The notes below the pieces were generated by a model. That model saw only the letters and a list, made by a program, of their open reading frames with translations, had not been told where the DNA came from and ran no database searches. DNA of 64,000 nt from Lytechinus pictus (taxonomy: Eukaryota): NCBI RefSeq assembly GCF_037042905.1, contig NC_087251.1, positions 34,350,001-34,414,000 on the forward strand. Direction: 5' to 3'. A program made the position numbers and the translations under genes. Positions 1 to 11,800 of this stretch are shown here, one piece after another (position 1 is the stretch's first letter; each line of letters begins with the position of its first letter).

Positions 1-99
1 GTTGAACTAAAACCACCCATTTTCAAGTCAATATACACCAAATATATTTCCTCGCACTGCAAATTATTATTGTTGTACGTAGTGACATATGCTTCTTTT

Positions 100-1252
100 T
101 CATGACTACTTAAAGTGATTGCCCCATTTTAAGGTCTTTCGTGTCCGTGCTTACGTTCGCATACTTGGATTGGTGAGATATGTCTGTTCTTCATGAATTC
201 CTAAAATCAGTCCTTAAAATGTACCTTTTCTGATCTGAATATTAAACATTTTTAGCTTGCGCTTTGCGCTCGCATAATTTGGTTAGTGTAATACGCATGG
301 TCTTCGTGAATTCCTACAAACAAGCCTTAGAATGCCCCTCTTCAGGTCTGAATTTCCTAAATTTTCAGCTCGCGCTTCGCGCTCGCAATATTTGATTAGT
401 GAGATGCGTATGATAATCATGATTACAATGACTACAAAAAGTGCTTCATGTGTTTAGATGTATATAATTCTAACAAAATAAGCATGCGCTTGGCACTCAC
501 ATTTGATGACTATGGTGAGATATGTGTAGCCTATTCTTAATGAATTCCTTAAAAAATAGCCCTTAAAATATCCCTGTTTGGGTTCAATATATACATAAAT
601 TTCAGCTCGCGCTTCGCGCTCGCATCATTTAGTGAAATACTTATTGTCTTCGTGAATTCTTACAAACAATTAAGCCTTAAAATATCTCTCTTCATGTCTA
701 AATTTCCTCAATTTTGAGCTCGCGCTTCGCGCTTGCAATATTTGATTAGTAAGATGCGTACGTTAATCATGATTACAATGACTACAAGTGCTTCATGTTT
801 TTAGATTTATATAATTCTAACAAAATCAGCATGCGCTTGGCACTCGCAATAGAGGACTATGGTGAGATATGTATACTCTAAATAGATTCCTAAAATATAG
901 TCCTTAAAAGTCCCTAGTAGGGGTCAATATATACAAAAATTTCAGCTCGCGCTTCGCGCTCGCATTGTTGGTTTAGCGAGACAGGTATGTATCATGATTA
1001 CAAAAATTTGCTTATAACGTCCCTTTTTTCACCTTTCAGGCCTTTTTATAGGTCTGAATATAAAAAAAAATAAGCTCGCGCTTCGCGCTCGCATTATGTG
1101 ATCAGTGAGATACATATCCGTTTAATGACATTCAAAATGTCTCTATTAGGTGAGTATACCTGGCAACTTAGCGCTTCTCGCGCTCACTAAGTGACCCAAA
1201 ATGTTTGCTGGTACCCCCCCCCCCCCATGCCGTGACCCACGGTACGCCACTG
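100..1252. mobile_element. Non-autonomous DNA transposon with internal ~345-bp tandem units
   Basis: GCTCGCGCTTCGCGCTCGCA recurs near 257, 368, 605, 717, 945 and 1074. The element ends in GGTACGCCACTG (1241-1252), a CAGTGGCGTA-type terminus. Confidence 0.65.
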
Positions 1253-1885
1253 CTGAAATCATTATAGAATTATAAAAAAACAAAACCAACACAAATTGCT
1301 GACTCTTTATTGCACCCCATCCCCCCCCCCCCCAAAAAAAAAATATATATAGTTCATATTCAGTTCATATATACACTTCATAGACCAAAGGGTTTCGCGC
1401 TGGCCCTAAGGCCCTAAAAATCTAGTCCTTTAATTTTATAAAGGTGATAAACTTTGGTAGAAAAAAGAACCTGTATAAATTTTCATTAGGACTTCGTCTC
1501 AACCCAACATTGGACCTCTTATATGCATATCCGGTCACTGTCATTATTTGTCTGTAAAGGTGACAAGTAGGCACTTAGCTTTTACAAGAACTTTATAAAC
1601 AATCACATGCAATATTTCATTGATTGTTTAGTATTAAAATTATGTTGGAACACACAAGGAATTAGATCATGATCTCTTTTTTAATGTCAATATTTTGTGA
1701 TATCCAACCAGATGAGGTTGTATTCTTGTATCGGTGTGGATTTCAGTTGTTCTCAGGCGAGCCTATACACAACGCCGAGATTTTTTTTCTTTTACCCCTG
1801 CCCCTTGCCCCCTTCTTTTGGCTTCCCCAACCACCCCTCTTCCTATCCTCTCGGACTCTCTCTCGATCTCTCTCTTACAACTCAC

Positions 1886-1987
1886 CTTTTCGGTAGAGAT
1901 TTCTCCGCGTTTGACTTTAGCATCTGCATTGCCTGAAACAAGCAAGATGCAGGCCAAAATCAACACGAAGAATTTTCCAAGTTCCAT
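1886..1987 (-). CDS. First coding exon of a secreted/membrane protein, possibly TMEM145/GPR180 family; gene continues beyond the left edge
   Basis: It encodes MELGKFFVLILACILLVSGNADA|KVKRGEISTEK: a signal peptide with an AxA cleavage site, good ACCATGG context, and a strong phase-0 donor AAG|GTGAGT. The mature N-terminus resembles my recollection of TMEM145 (AKYVRGNLSSKE). The family assignment is weak. Confidence 0.65.
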
Positions 1988-2099
1988 GGTCGAAATCCGG
2001 TAAATCAGCTGTATTCACTTGATTTTCTTGCGAATTTACATGCTGAACTCAACGTTTGTTCCGATCGATGAGAAGCTTGAAAAAATTGTGATTAGTTGG

Positions 2100-2225
2100 T
2101 AGCAACGCGTTGACTTAACAGGTTGCCGATTACTCTGCGCGCATGGGTTGTGACGTAACAATGCACGCGCTTGCTTAAAACGGTGATTGGTGATGGACAC
2201 CAACAAACATAGAGGGCGTGGACGC
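2100..2225 (-). promoter_or_regulatory. Proximal promoter of the signal-peptide gene
   Basis: CpG-rich patch 110-240 nt upstream of the ATG. It contains TGCGCGCA (~2136), CRE-like TGACGTAA (2151-2158), CCAAT on the - strand (2186-2190) and GC-box-like GGGCGTGG (2214-2221). Confidence 0.5.
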
Positions 2226-2249
2226 TTTGTTTGCAAACAAGGCCCAATA

Positions 2250-2668
2250 TAACTTACTCACAATTATTTCTTTTTTATTTTATTATATGAAATATGAAAT
2301 ATTCTCATTTTCTTCCCGTTACACTGTGAAAGAAGTTTTATTCCTCCCTGAACATGTCAAATTACCATTGTTTTAACACTTTATGGTTCAGTCAAGTTGG
2401 TCCTTATTGTAAAATCTGTAAAAATTGGAATATTCAATAATTCAAACAATAAAAAAAAGAAATAGTAAGTGAGGGACATCATCGACTCTCTCATTTGCAT
2501 TTCACTGAGCTGTGCATATAACTGTTTTTTGAAAAATAAGCGAAATTTTAAATTGTCGTAACTTTCATATTTTACATCCGATTTTGATCAAATTTTCAGC
2601 GTTATGCTTGTTTGATTTTTCTCTTTTGATTAAAATCAACATTTTTCTGGGGTGGACTTTACCTTTTA
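2250..2668. mobile_element. Partial Kolobok-type MITE, same family as 37968-38545
   Basis: Shares TTTTACATCCGATTTTGAT, TTATGCTTGTT and the GGTGGACTT..CCTTT end with the copy in PAP intron 6. Confidence 0.7.
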
Positions 2669-3490
2669 TTAAATAGAAAGCATTTGGTAGTTGTACACCT
2701 ATTGGTTGAGTTGTGTCTTTCTTGAATTTGATGAAAAGACGTCTTTGATTTTTAGTTGAAAATCCGTTTTGGCAATATCGTTAATTCCAATGACTCTGTT
2801 TATCATTTTCACGCCGAGGATAAGATTAGACCTTCAAACGTGTTACGTTCATTCAAATGTTATACAATCTTCATTATTTTTGTCTCCAAGTTAGTATTGT
2901 GTCTTTCTTTTGGAAACACTACTTTTCGGGTTAGCTACACGCATTATGCTTCTCATCAAATGTTGTTTTGGTTTGTTTTTCTGGGGCTTATGGTAACAGA
3001 ATATTGCTCAATATCGCTACCCCCATTTATTTTATCACTCTTTAAACACTAATTTGATATTCGATGAAAAAGTGGGATGGAAACAAGGAAACTACAATCA
3101 CAGACTAATTTGGTACTGACAGATATTTTTTATGATTCATTTGTATTTTCAAAATATATTGGCCCACATCGATATAATAATTCATTTATATAGCAAGCTT
3201 GATATATACACTTTCAACAATAATTATACGGTATAAAAACTAAATGAATCTGTAAATCCTTCAATCGTAAATAATCAATGGATAATATAATGTTTACTTT
3301 TCATTGGAAATGAGCTCAAAATGTATATATAAATTTTGAGCTTAGACCTTCATATTCATCAAAATTAAAGTTTAATAATAAGGCCTCGTGTGTAGCTATC
3401 TCCTTTAAAAATGACTTAACTATCTCTGGAAGACATGAGAAGAGCTGCTCATTTCTTTGGAGAATGAAATGCGAAGTGTCCAGTGTATAT

Positions 3491-4203
3491 CCCTGCTAGA
3501 TGAACACAGTGTGTTTACAGTGTTCACAGTATGTTCATAGTATGTTCACAGTGTGTCCCACGGTGTGTTCATAGTGTGTTCACAGTGTGTTCACAGTATG
3601 TTCACAGTGTGTTCACAGTATGTTCACAGTATGTTCACAGTGTGTTCACAGTATGTTCACAGTGTGTTCACAGTGTGTTCACAGTATGTTCACAGTGTGT
3701 TCACAGTATGTTCACAGTATGTTCACAGTGTGTTCACAGTGTGTTCACAGTATGTTCACAGTGTGTTCACAGTGTGTTCACAGTGTGTTCACAGTATGCT
3801 CACAGTGTGTTCACAGTATGTTCACAATGTGTCCCACGGTGTGTTCATAGTGTGTTCACAGTATGTTCACAGTGTGTTCACAGTGTGTTCACAGTATGTT
3901 CACAGTGTGTTCACAGTATGTTCACAGTGTGTCCCACGGTGTGTTAATAGTGTGTTCACAGTATGATCACAGTGTGTTCACAGTAGCTCACAGTGTGTTC
4001 ACAATGTATTTCGCATATTACACTACATTAAAATTTGATACACACACTCAAATGTTCAAATTTAAACAGTGTGATGATGATTTCACACGGTGGACACATC
4101 TACAGTGTGAGTACTCAATGTTTGCATATTATGTGACGGTGTGATTCACATTGTGATCCACACTGTGAACACACTGTGGGACACTATGTTCTTTCCTGCC
4201 GGA
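3491..4203. repeat. 11-bp minisatellite (GTGTTCACAGT/ATGTTCACAGT)n inside a MITE-like element
   Basis: Tandem 11-mers run from ~3505 to ~4005 and reappear inverted at 4140-4200. The ends are imperfect inverted repeats. A degenerate relative lies at ~5510-5870. Confidence 0.9.
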
Positions 4204-4264
4204 AAATTAGCATTTTGTGGATTACTTCCCAACTAAGTCTCATTAGACAAAAATACACAAGTAA

Positions 4265-4660
4265 ACAAGTGGTGTAGCGGTTCTGATTCTCGCCTTGTAA
4301 TCAGAGGGTCGTGTGTTCGAATCACACCATGGCCTAGCGTCCTTTGGCAAGGCGTCAATCCACAATTTGCCACTCTCCACCCAGGTGTTAAATGGGTAAC
4401 CGGTACGATGCGAAAGCCTATGTAGTATGCCTAGCAATTTGAGTCTTGGAACTCTTATTAGAATGCTTCCCAGAGAGTGGAGAAGGTGCATACATTGTAT
4501 GCGGGCATGCAAGGATCCGATGACCGGGGTAATAATATATATGTAAAGAGCTTAGAGACGTCGTTCCGATGTGTTAAGCGCTATATAAATGCGGAATATT
4601 ATTATTATTATTATCATAATCATTATTATTATTATTATTGATATTATTATTATTATTATA
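4265..4660 (+). mobile_element. tRNA-derived SINE with (ATT)n tail
   Basis: A box TGGTGTAGCGG, B box GTTCGAATC, central CCACCCAGGTGTTAAATGGGTA, and 3' AAGCGCTATATAAAT followed by (ATT)n. Confidence 0.85.
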
Positions 4661-6531
4661 CTAGAATTTGTACATAGACGAAAATGCATAAAGGTAAATA
4701 CTCATAATATATGCAATTTTTACTATTGCAAGTGATATGGAATGCAGTAAATTTGTTTTTAAAAAATATTTAAAAACGTATAGTACCAAAAAAAATCAAA
4801 ACAAATTCATGTAAGCCTGTCAAGATATCTACAAATTATTACGGTACAATTAGGATACATTTACAACATTAAAAAATAGATCCATGATTTCACATTACTG
4901 TATACTATTGGGACATCAGGCACGGTTACGAAAGTTCTAAGGATTTGTAGTAATTTTGCAATTATGATAACTTCCATATTAACAGGGCTCAATTGCAAAT
5001 CAAAACCAATGTCCTAGTGATCAATTACTGTAGTTCCAAAGCTACAAATAGTCGCAAGTCTTCACGAAAGAGGCCCCTATTCGAAATAGAGAACCCAATC
5101 TCTTCATATTATTTGCACATTTTAATTCCGGCCAAATGTTTAATCTATATCAGTGATTATGTCACACTCTACCAAAAATATATATATATTATTTCCATTT
5201 TAGGAAACATGTATAGACCTTAAGAGGCAGCCCGGTCCGATTTTCTGTTCCTTCTCAACCAGGCCAAGCCTTTAAACCAAAGTATATCTTTAATAAAGCC
5301 CTATAAGAACACAGTGTACAATATTATATATTTAGTTGGTTTCTCAATGTAGACACCTCCAAGGTATAGTGTATATCACAAAGCTTTCATCATAGCACGC
5401 TCAAATTTATAGTATGAACAAGGAAGGGGGGGGGTTAAAACTCCCACTTGCCTGGTATGAATGTGCTCTCTCAAATGTAATGACAATTTCATACCAGGTA
5501 ATAATTATTCCACAGTGTGAAAAATCAAATTTCACAACGTGAACACCAAGTTGATCATATTCGAAAATATGACTATAGAAATCATAGTGCCAATAACGGA
5601 ATGCCATGGTTCAGCCACACTGTGGTAAATAGTTCACAGTGTGTCCACAGTGAATCACACAGTATCTACAGGATATTTTCTCTGATTCTGTCAAAACGCC
5701 AAAATTTGAAAATGTGGTACATAATTGATTTAAACACAGTGTGGTTCACATTATGTTTTACAATGAAGTACAGTATGTCTGCAGTGTAGTCTCAGCAATT
5801 CATACTGTTTGAACTTCAGAATTTACCAGTGTGGTTTGCACTGTGTAATTCATGCGGAAAGGCCGATATGTATGTCTCTCTCTTTATTTTCAATTTCGAA
5901 TCTTGCAGGTCTGCTTAATTTTGATGTTATCAGCCGAGATCAGCACATCTACATATATGTTTGTTTTACAAAATCTATATATATGTTTTACAAAATAATC
6001 TACATCCTTATACAGCCTTTAAACCAGTTAAAACTTTAGGCACGCCGACATTGTTATTGCATCCATATAAAAAGTGGATATATATATACATAAAAATAAA
6101 GTAGCTCTCTGCATACAGATTGAGTTGGGTTTTTTTTCAATTGGACAAACACCATTGTGGCATCCGACTTTCCCATCTAAAAAGAATCGTTTTGTAAGGC
6201 ATCGGTGGTTTGTCATCGGTGGTTTTTCTCCCCTTTTTCTTTCAAAGGGACTTCCATCATTTAACAGGTCATTAGATCTGTAACTATATCATTAATAGTT
6301 TGTTGTTGGTGTTGTTGTTGCAGACGAGAGCCATATGAACAACAAGGGATTTAGAATCTGATTGGAACTTTGTCAAAGTTTCGTCACTTTCCTTTCGTGA
6401 TGAAGTTTAGACTTCCCTTGTAGCCTCATCGCCTTATATGCTTAGAATGAAGACTCAAGCATGATCATCAAAATATTGAGGAAGTCAGAACCTGGACTAG
6501 ATTCCGGGAAGATGAGCCTATCATTAAGTTG

Positions 6532-6626
6532 CTATTTACTTGTTCCAGCCTCATCCTTGGTTGATCCAGTATTTGCTTCATGTTCACTTGCCCTTTTCTC
6601 GACGATCTCCATCACAGCCGCTAAAT
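6532..6626 (-). CDS. Alternative (duplicated) terminal coding exon of the calmodulin-like gene, isoform B
   Basis: It has a TTTCAG acceptor and the same phase as the 7351-7451 exon. It encodes DLAAVMEIVEKRASEHEANTGSTKDEAGTSK*, which is clearly paralogous to the exon A peptide. Confidence 0.72.
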
Positions 6627-7350
6627 CTGAAAGTAAGAGTTATACAATAAATATGCTCTCAACATAGAAGCCCGTCTTAAGTTTTTATAAATCCCCCCAT
6701 CATAAGCGTTGAGCACTATTTTCCAGTTTATAATCACTCTATTATTTTTATGTGTTTCAACTAAAACTGGTATGGTGTCGATATGAAAGCAAGCTCTCCA
6801 AAACCTATCCTGTATTTTGGGGGGGGGAGGGGGGTCAAACTTCCTAGGGGCCCATCTACGGGGGCTGAACGCTGAAAGTGAGAGGGCGAAGCAACCGAGT
6901 TGATAATAAGGGGGAAAAAAATCATTTTTAATGGTAAAAGTGAAAAATATTCACAAACAACGAAAAAATAACAGTCTCTTCACTTTTATAAGATTGGAAT
7001 GTGAGATAAATATTTCTTAAAAAACATTTTTTATTACCAAAGCTGTTTCATTTTCAAATTCCTACCAAAGCGTTCGCATTTCTTAACCCAAGTCTTAAAA
7101 AAATATGAGTCATAATCACCCATTAAATTTTGACATAGTAAGAAACAAGACTGCAGGCACACACCCTGAGTGAAACATTAATCAACAAGTCTTCACAAAA
7201 GACTAACACAATCATGTAAAGCTTGCTGTTTAGGGGCCATCAGTAGAAAACTCATCGTAGGCTGTGCATTGAGACCCCTTAACTCAAGTGAATGCTTTGC
7301 GCAGCAGACTGGTAAAAAACGGGATTAGATTCCCCGGATGGCGGATGTTG

Positions 7351-8778
7351 CTATTTACCTTTCCCAGCATCCCCCGCGGTTGATCCAGCCTCACTACTTG
7401 GTTTGTGTGCATTTGCCCTTTTCTTGTTGAATTCCATCACAGCAGCAAATTCTGAAATAGAGAATAATCGTTCAATGAGAAAACTCAATATTGTAGGCCC
7501 TTTTATGCCCGGCTTTTAAACTTCAATCACACCAACAAAATTGACTCCAAACGACCAATGATATGCCATTGGTAATAAGGACCGTTTAATCATTTATATT
7601 TGTTGATTTTGGTGTAAATTAGATCTTTAAATATTGTTAGACCCTTCTCCCAGATAATTATGTTTATATATATATATATATACATAATTCAAAAAGAAAT
7701 AAAAACTCCGTAATGAAAGCTTTTTCACTTTTCATTACGAAGTTTTTTTTTTTTTTTGAATTGTTTATTGGACTAACTCCGAGCAGAACATTTCCACTTT
7801 GTTTATATATATATATGTATATACGATTATGTAAAAAAAAAGTAATTTGAACACTTATCTTACTGATTAACACACAGAAAAAAAAGTATACCCAAAGTTT
7901 TTCAGCGAATACCGAATAGATTTATACCGAAAGAAATAAAAATACGCAGATATTTTTTCACTTTGGTCAGAATCCAGACCAAAATACATTTTCCTGTAAC
8001 ATCGCAAAAAAAAAATTCATATTATGTCAGTGTGTATTTCGATGCGTGTGCGTACACTGTAAAATATTGTGTAAAATTTTAACCAGCACGGGGCTAATTA
8101 TGAGTCCAACCAGTTTTGAGCAATATTTTACCCAATTGTCCAGTAAGGTTAAAAAATAAGCAGCAATTACTTTAGAATGGGCAAAATTTTCATCACGTTG
8201 GATAAATAAAAAAATGCCCAATGTTGGTTGGACACATAAGTACCCTCATGGAGCATTTTTACCCAATATTTTTTAGAGTGTACTATGTGCCTGCCGCGTT
8301 TTCTTCGAAAGACGTTTTACACCCCTTCTCGATAAGCAAGAGACCAAATTATTTTTTACATACGGTCGCATCATCAATGCCTATGATTAATTACCTTCAA
8401 ATGCTATCGTACCGTCACCATTTAGATCAAAGTCGGCCAGCATCTCAGGGATTTCGTCTTGGATGACGTCATCCTGCAGAATTTCTAGAACCATCTTTAG
8501 TTCGTCTGTCCTGAAAGTGTGGAAGTGATTTTGTTAAACAATATTACAATATCCTTGAAGTATTATTGTTACAATATATGATTTTTGTTTTCTACATTAC
8601 AATTGGTTTCTTTTACATGGTTTTATCACCTTACTACTCCTCAGACTGTTGGTTTTATAATATTTAATCAAAATTATACTTATCATAATTATAAGAAAAT
8701 ATTAATTGGTTCATGCTGTTAACAATCACATTACATTTCACCTGTAATATCAGTGACAGCCCCCTCCCCTCTCTCTCG

Positions 8779-8810
<32 letters not shown>

Positions 8811-11800
8811 CGCACCCTTAAACACACACAAACACGCCCACAAATACTTCATATTGCTGAGAAAGGCTGCAGTCAGTACCCGAAAATTTCGAGGTAACTC
8901 TTGAAGATCAATTTTTTTCCCGGTGCGTTGAGAGCAAAAGCTTGAATCAATATTTATTTTCAACCAACACAGATGAACTTTCATGATACTCATCTGAAAA
9001 CAAATGGTGGTGGTGATTTTTTTTCACTCGCCAGGTGCGGCATCAGGTTATGGGGAGGGAGCAACTAAACTTTTACTTTCTAAATTGAATTAAAGTTGTA
9101 ATACATTATAGTTACAAGACATAAACTCACTTTTGTTCTTATAGTGTCTTCTCTCTTCCTTTTCTTTAACTTTTCTTCCTATTCATTTATACTTGAAAAA
9201 TCAAAGCGCGACCGCCCCCTGTCGGTTATACGCCGTCCCTGTCACTCTTGTAAACTTATGTTCGATAATTTGTAAAAAATAAAATTGCTAATTTTATTTT
9301 GATTGTAATCCTTTATGTTTGGATTTGAAATCAATAAAAATAAACTTGTAACTTGTAAACATTATTGATGTAATACTTACCTCATGTTTCCTGTGCCCTC
9401 TTTATCAAAGACTTTGAATACATCGGCAAGGTCATTTCCCTCATCTTCGTGTCTTATCTTCGACATAATGAGGAGAAAATCTGTGAAGTCAATCCATCGG
9501 CCACGCTCTATAGTTAGACAAGAACAAAAGAGAAGATAAACTTGTAATTGATACCCACTATGCACTATGCAAACCTGCATGTTATGCACATGCATGTTAA
9601 CTGCCATATTGTAATGATGGTGTGTTATATTTTAATGTTTTCTCTTTAATATGCCATCTTTTTGTTCTCACACAATGTATTTATACATGTTAGATATCTG
9701 TGTATTTTCATACCCCGAAAGGGGTCGACAGAAATCTGCAAATATAGTTCAAGTTCAAGTTAAAAAAGTTCACTATACAGTTAGGCAAGAAAATAAGGGA
9801 TAATTTGATTCATGCTATATTTAGGCAAGAGAAAAGGGTAACTTGTAATTGCTGCGGTACGGTATTGATAGAGGGCTGACCATGCAAAAGACACAATTTT
9901 ACGTTTTTTGAACATGTTTATTGCAAAAAAAGTGGTGGAGTTGCAGCACCCCCCCCCCCCTCCCCTGTCCCTGACTACTAATGGCAATTCGAAGTAAAAG
10001 TCGTCTTTTCATCCAATCAGATGTACGGATTTCAGTAGCTTATTACAATGATTCATTTCATGAAAGCTAGGCTCTCCTTATTTAGTTCTTACCGAAACCA
10101 TTGGCGTCGTGTAGATCATTGATTATGTCATTCATCTTGGATTCGGAAGGATTTTCCCCAACTGAACGGAGTAAGAACCCAGTCTTCTTGAACGATACCA
10201 AACCATTCTCCTCCCTGTCCAGAAGCTGGAAAGCATTCTTGAAAGCTACAATATCAGAAAGGGTAAATTAATAAAGCATTTTGAAACAAATGCTCAGTAA
10301 AATTTTGCAAACACATCATCAACTTTTACAATCATATCCAGTGAAAAGTACTAAGTGACGTTCTCATCCAACATATATCTGAATACGAGGACAGAAATTG
10401 ACATGTACACTTTAAAAAAACACTAGAGGTTTTTAGAGGGGGAGTTCACCATGAAGAAAAGCTTGTAGTAAAACAATAGTAGAAAAAATGATAAAAATAT
10501 TGGTGAAGGTTTGAGGAAAATCCATTAAAGATTAAGGAAGTTATTAGAATCTAAATTTTGGATTTGTGACGTCATAAACGAGCAACTGCCCTATAATTAT
10601 GTTACGTAATGTAAAATGCATAAATTTCAATATTTTAATGGTTCGTAATGAATTGTTTTTTGTTTGCTTTTTAGGAACGGGTGTGAAATAATTTGTTTAT
10701 TGATATACTAAATGTACAATAAACATCATTTTCAATTTCATGAGAAAATAACATCTCATTGATTTTTTTTTACCATTCAACATAGGAAAGCTGCTCGCAT
10801 ATGACGTCACAAATCAAATAGTTTAATATCTAACAGCTTTTTTATTCTTTGATGGATTTTTATCAAATCTTCGGCACCATTTTTTTATTATTTTTACAAT
10901 AAACTTTTTTTTTTAGTACGGGTGAATTTAAGGTGAAAATGTTGTGTGTCGTATGGGACTCAGAAATGTCCCGTACGACACGCAACATGTTTGGACAGCA
11001 GTTTAAAAAGTGTTGTGAAAATGGCTCTTTTTTCTAGCATAGAATCGCCCATCTACAAAATTCTGGATAGATAACATTCACTAGGCAATGCAGAAGCGTA
11101 AGCCGTTTCTGATTTTAAATTAAATGGCCCGTATTCTGAAGTCGGGTTTAATTTAAACTCTGGTTTAAAGTTGTAGTTTAACTATGGATAGCCAATAATG
11201 GCATAAATATCTAACCGTAGAATTTCAATGTATCAGCTCATTTTTCTCTCGAATCATTCTTCACTGTTTCGGAAGGATAAATAAGATAGCTTTCTTCACC
11301 ATTTACGAGTTAGATATAGTAAATATAAGAAACATACTCTATGTAAGGAAAATTTTGACATTTTTTGGTTTTCCATAATTTTAGCACAGAGTTAGACCAT
11401 GGTCTAAGTTAAACCTGACTTCAGAATACGGGCCAATGAGTTTAAGCTGTTAACAAAGTTTTGGAGCAATGTGTTCTGTATGTTTGTTTGATTAATTGTT
11501 ATTCAAAAGAATTATTTACATTACGAAGCATGGTGTAAAAAGGGTGCGACTATTTTTATTTATTTAAGATCATGCATGAAAAACTTACAAAAGAGACATC
11601 AAAGAAAAACTACTAGCGGAAAAAAAACCAACAGATACATCTACAGCTGGATTACCCCGTCATTTAATGCTGCTTAACTTCGAATGCAATATATTTTAAT
11701 AATACAGATGGAGAATAAAGGTGAAAGGTGTACAATAACAATATAAAAATGAAAAGAAACAAATCATGACATAAAAACACGAAAGAGATGCAGGAGCGGG

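Noticed and set aside
3531..4144. Overlapping ORFs with VFTVCSQCVHS repeats; also a CRISPR-like or RSS-heptamer (CACAGTG) array
   Set aside because: These are translations of an 11-bp minisatellite. There are no unique spacers, no cas genes and no nonamers.
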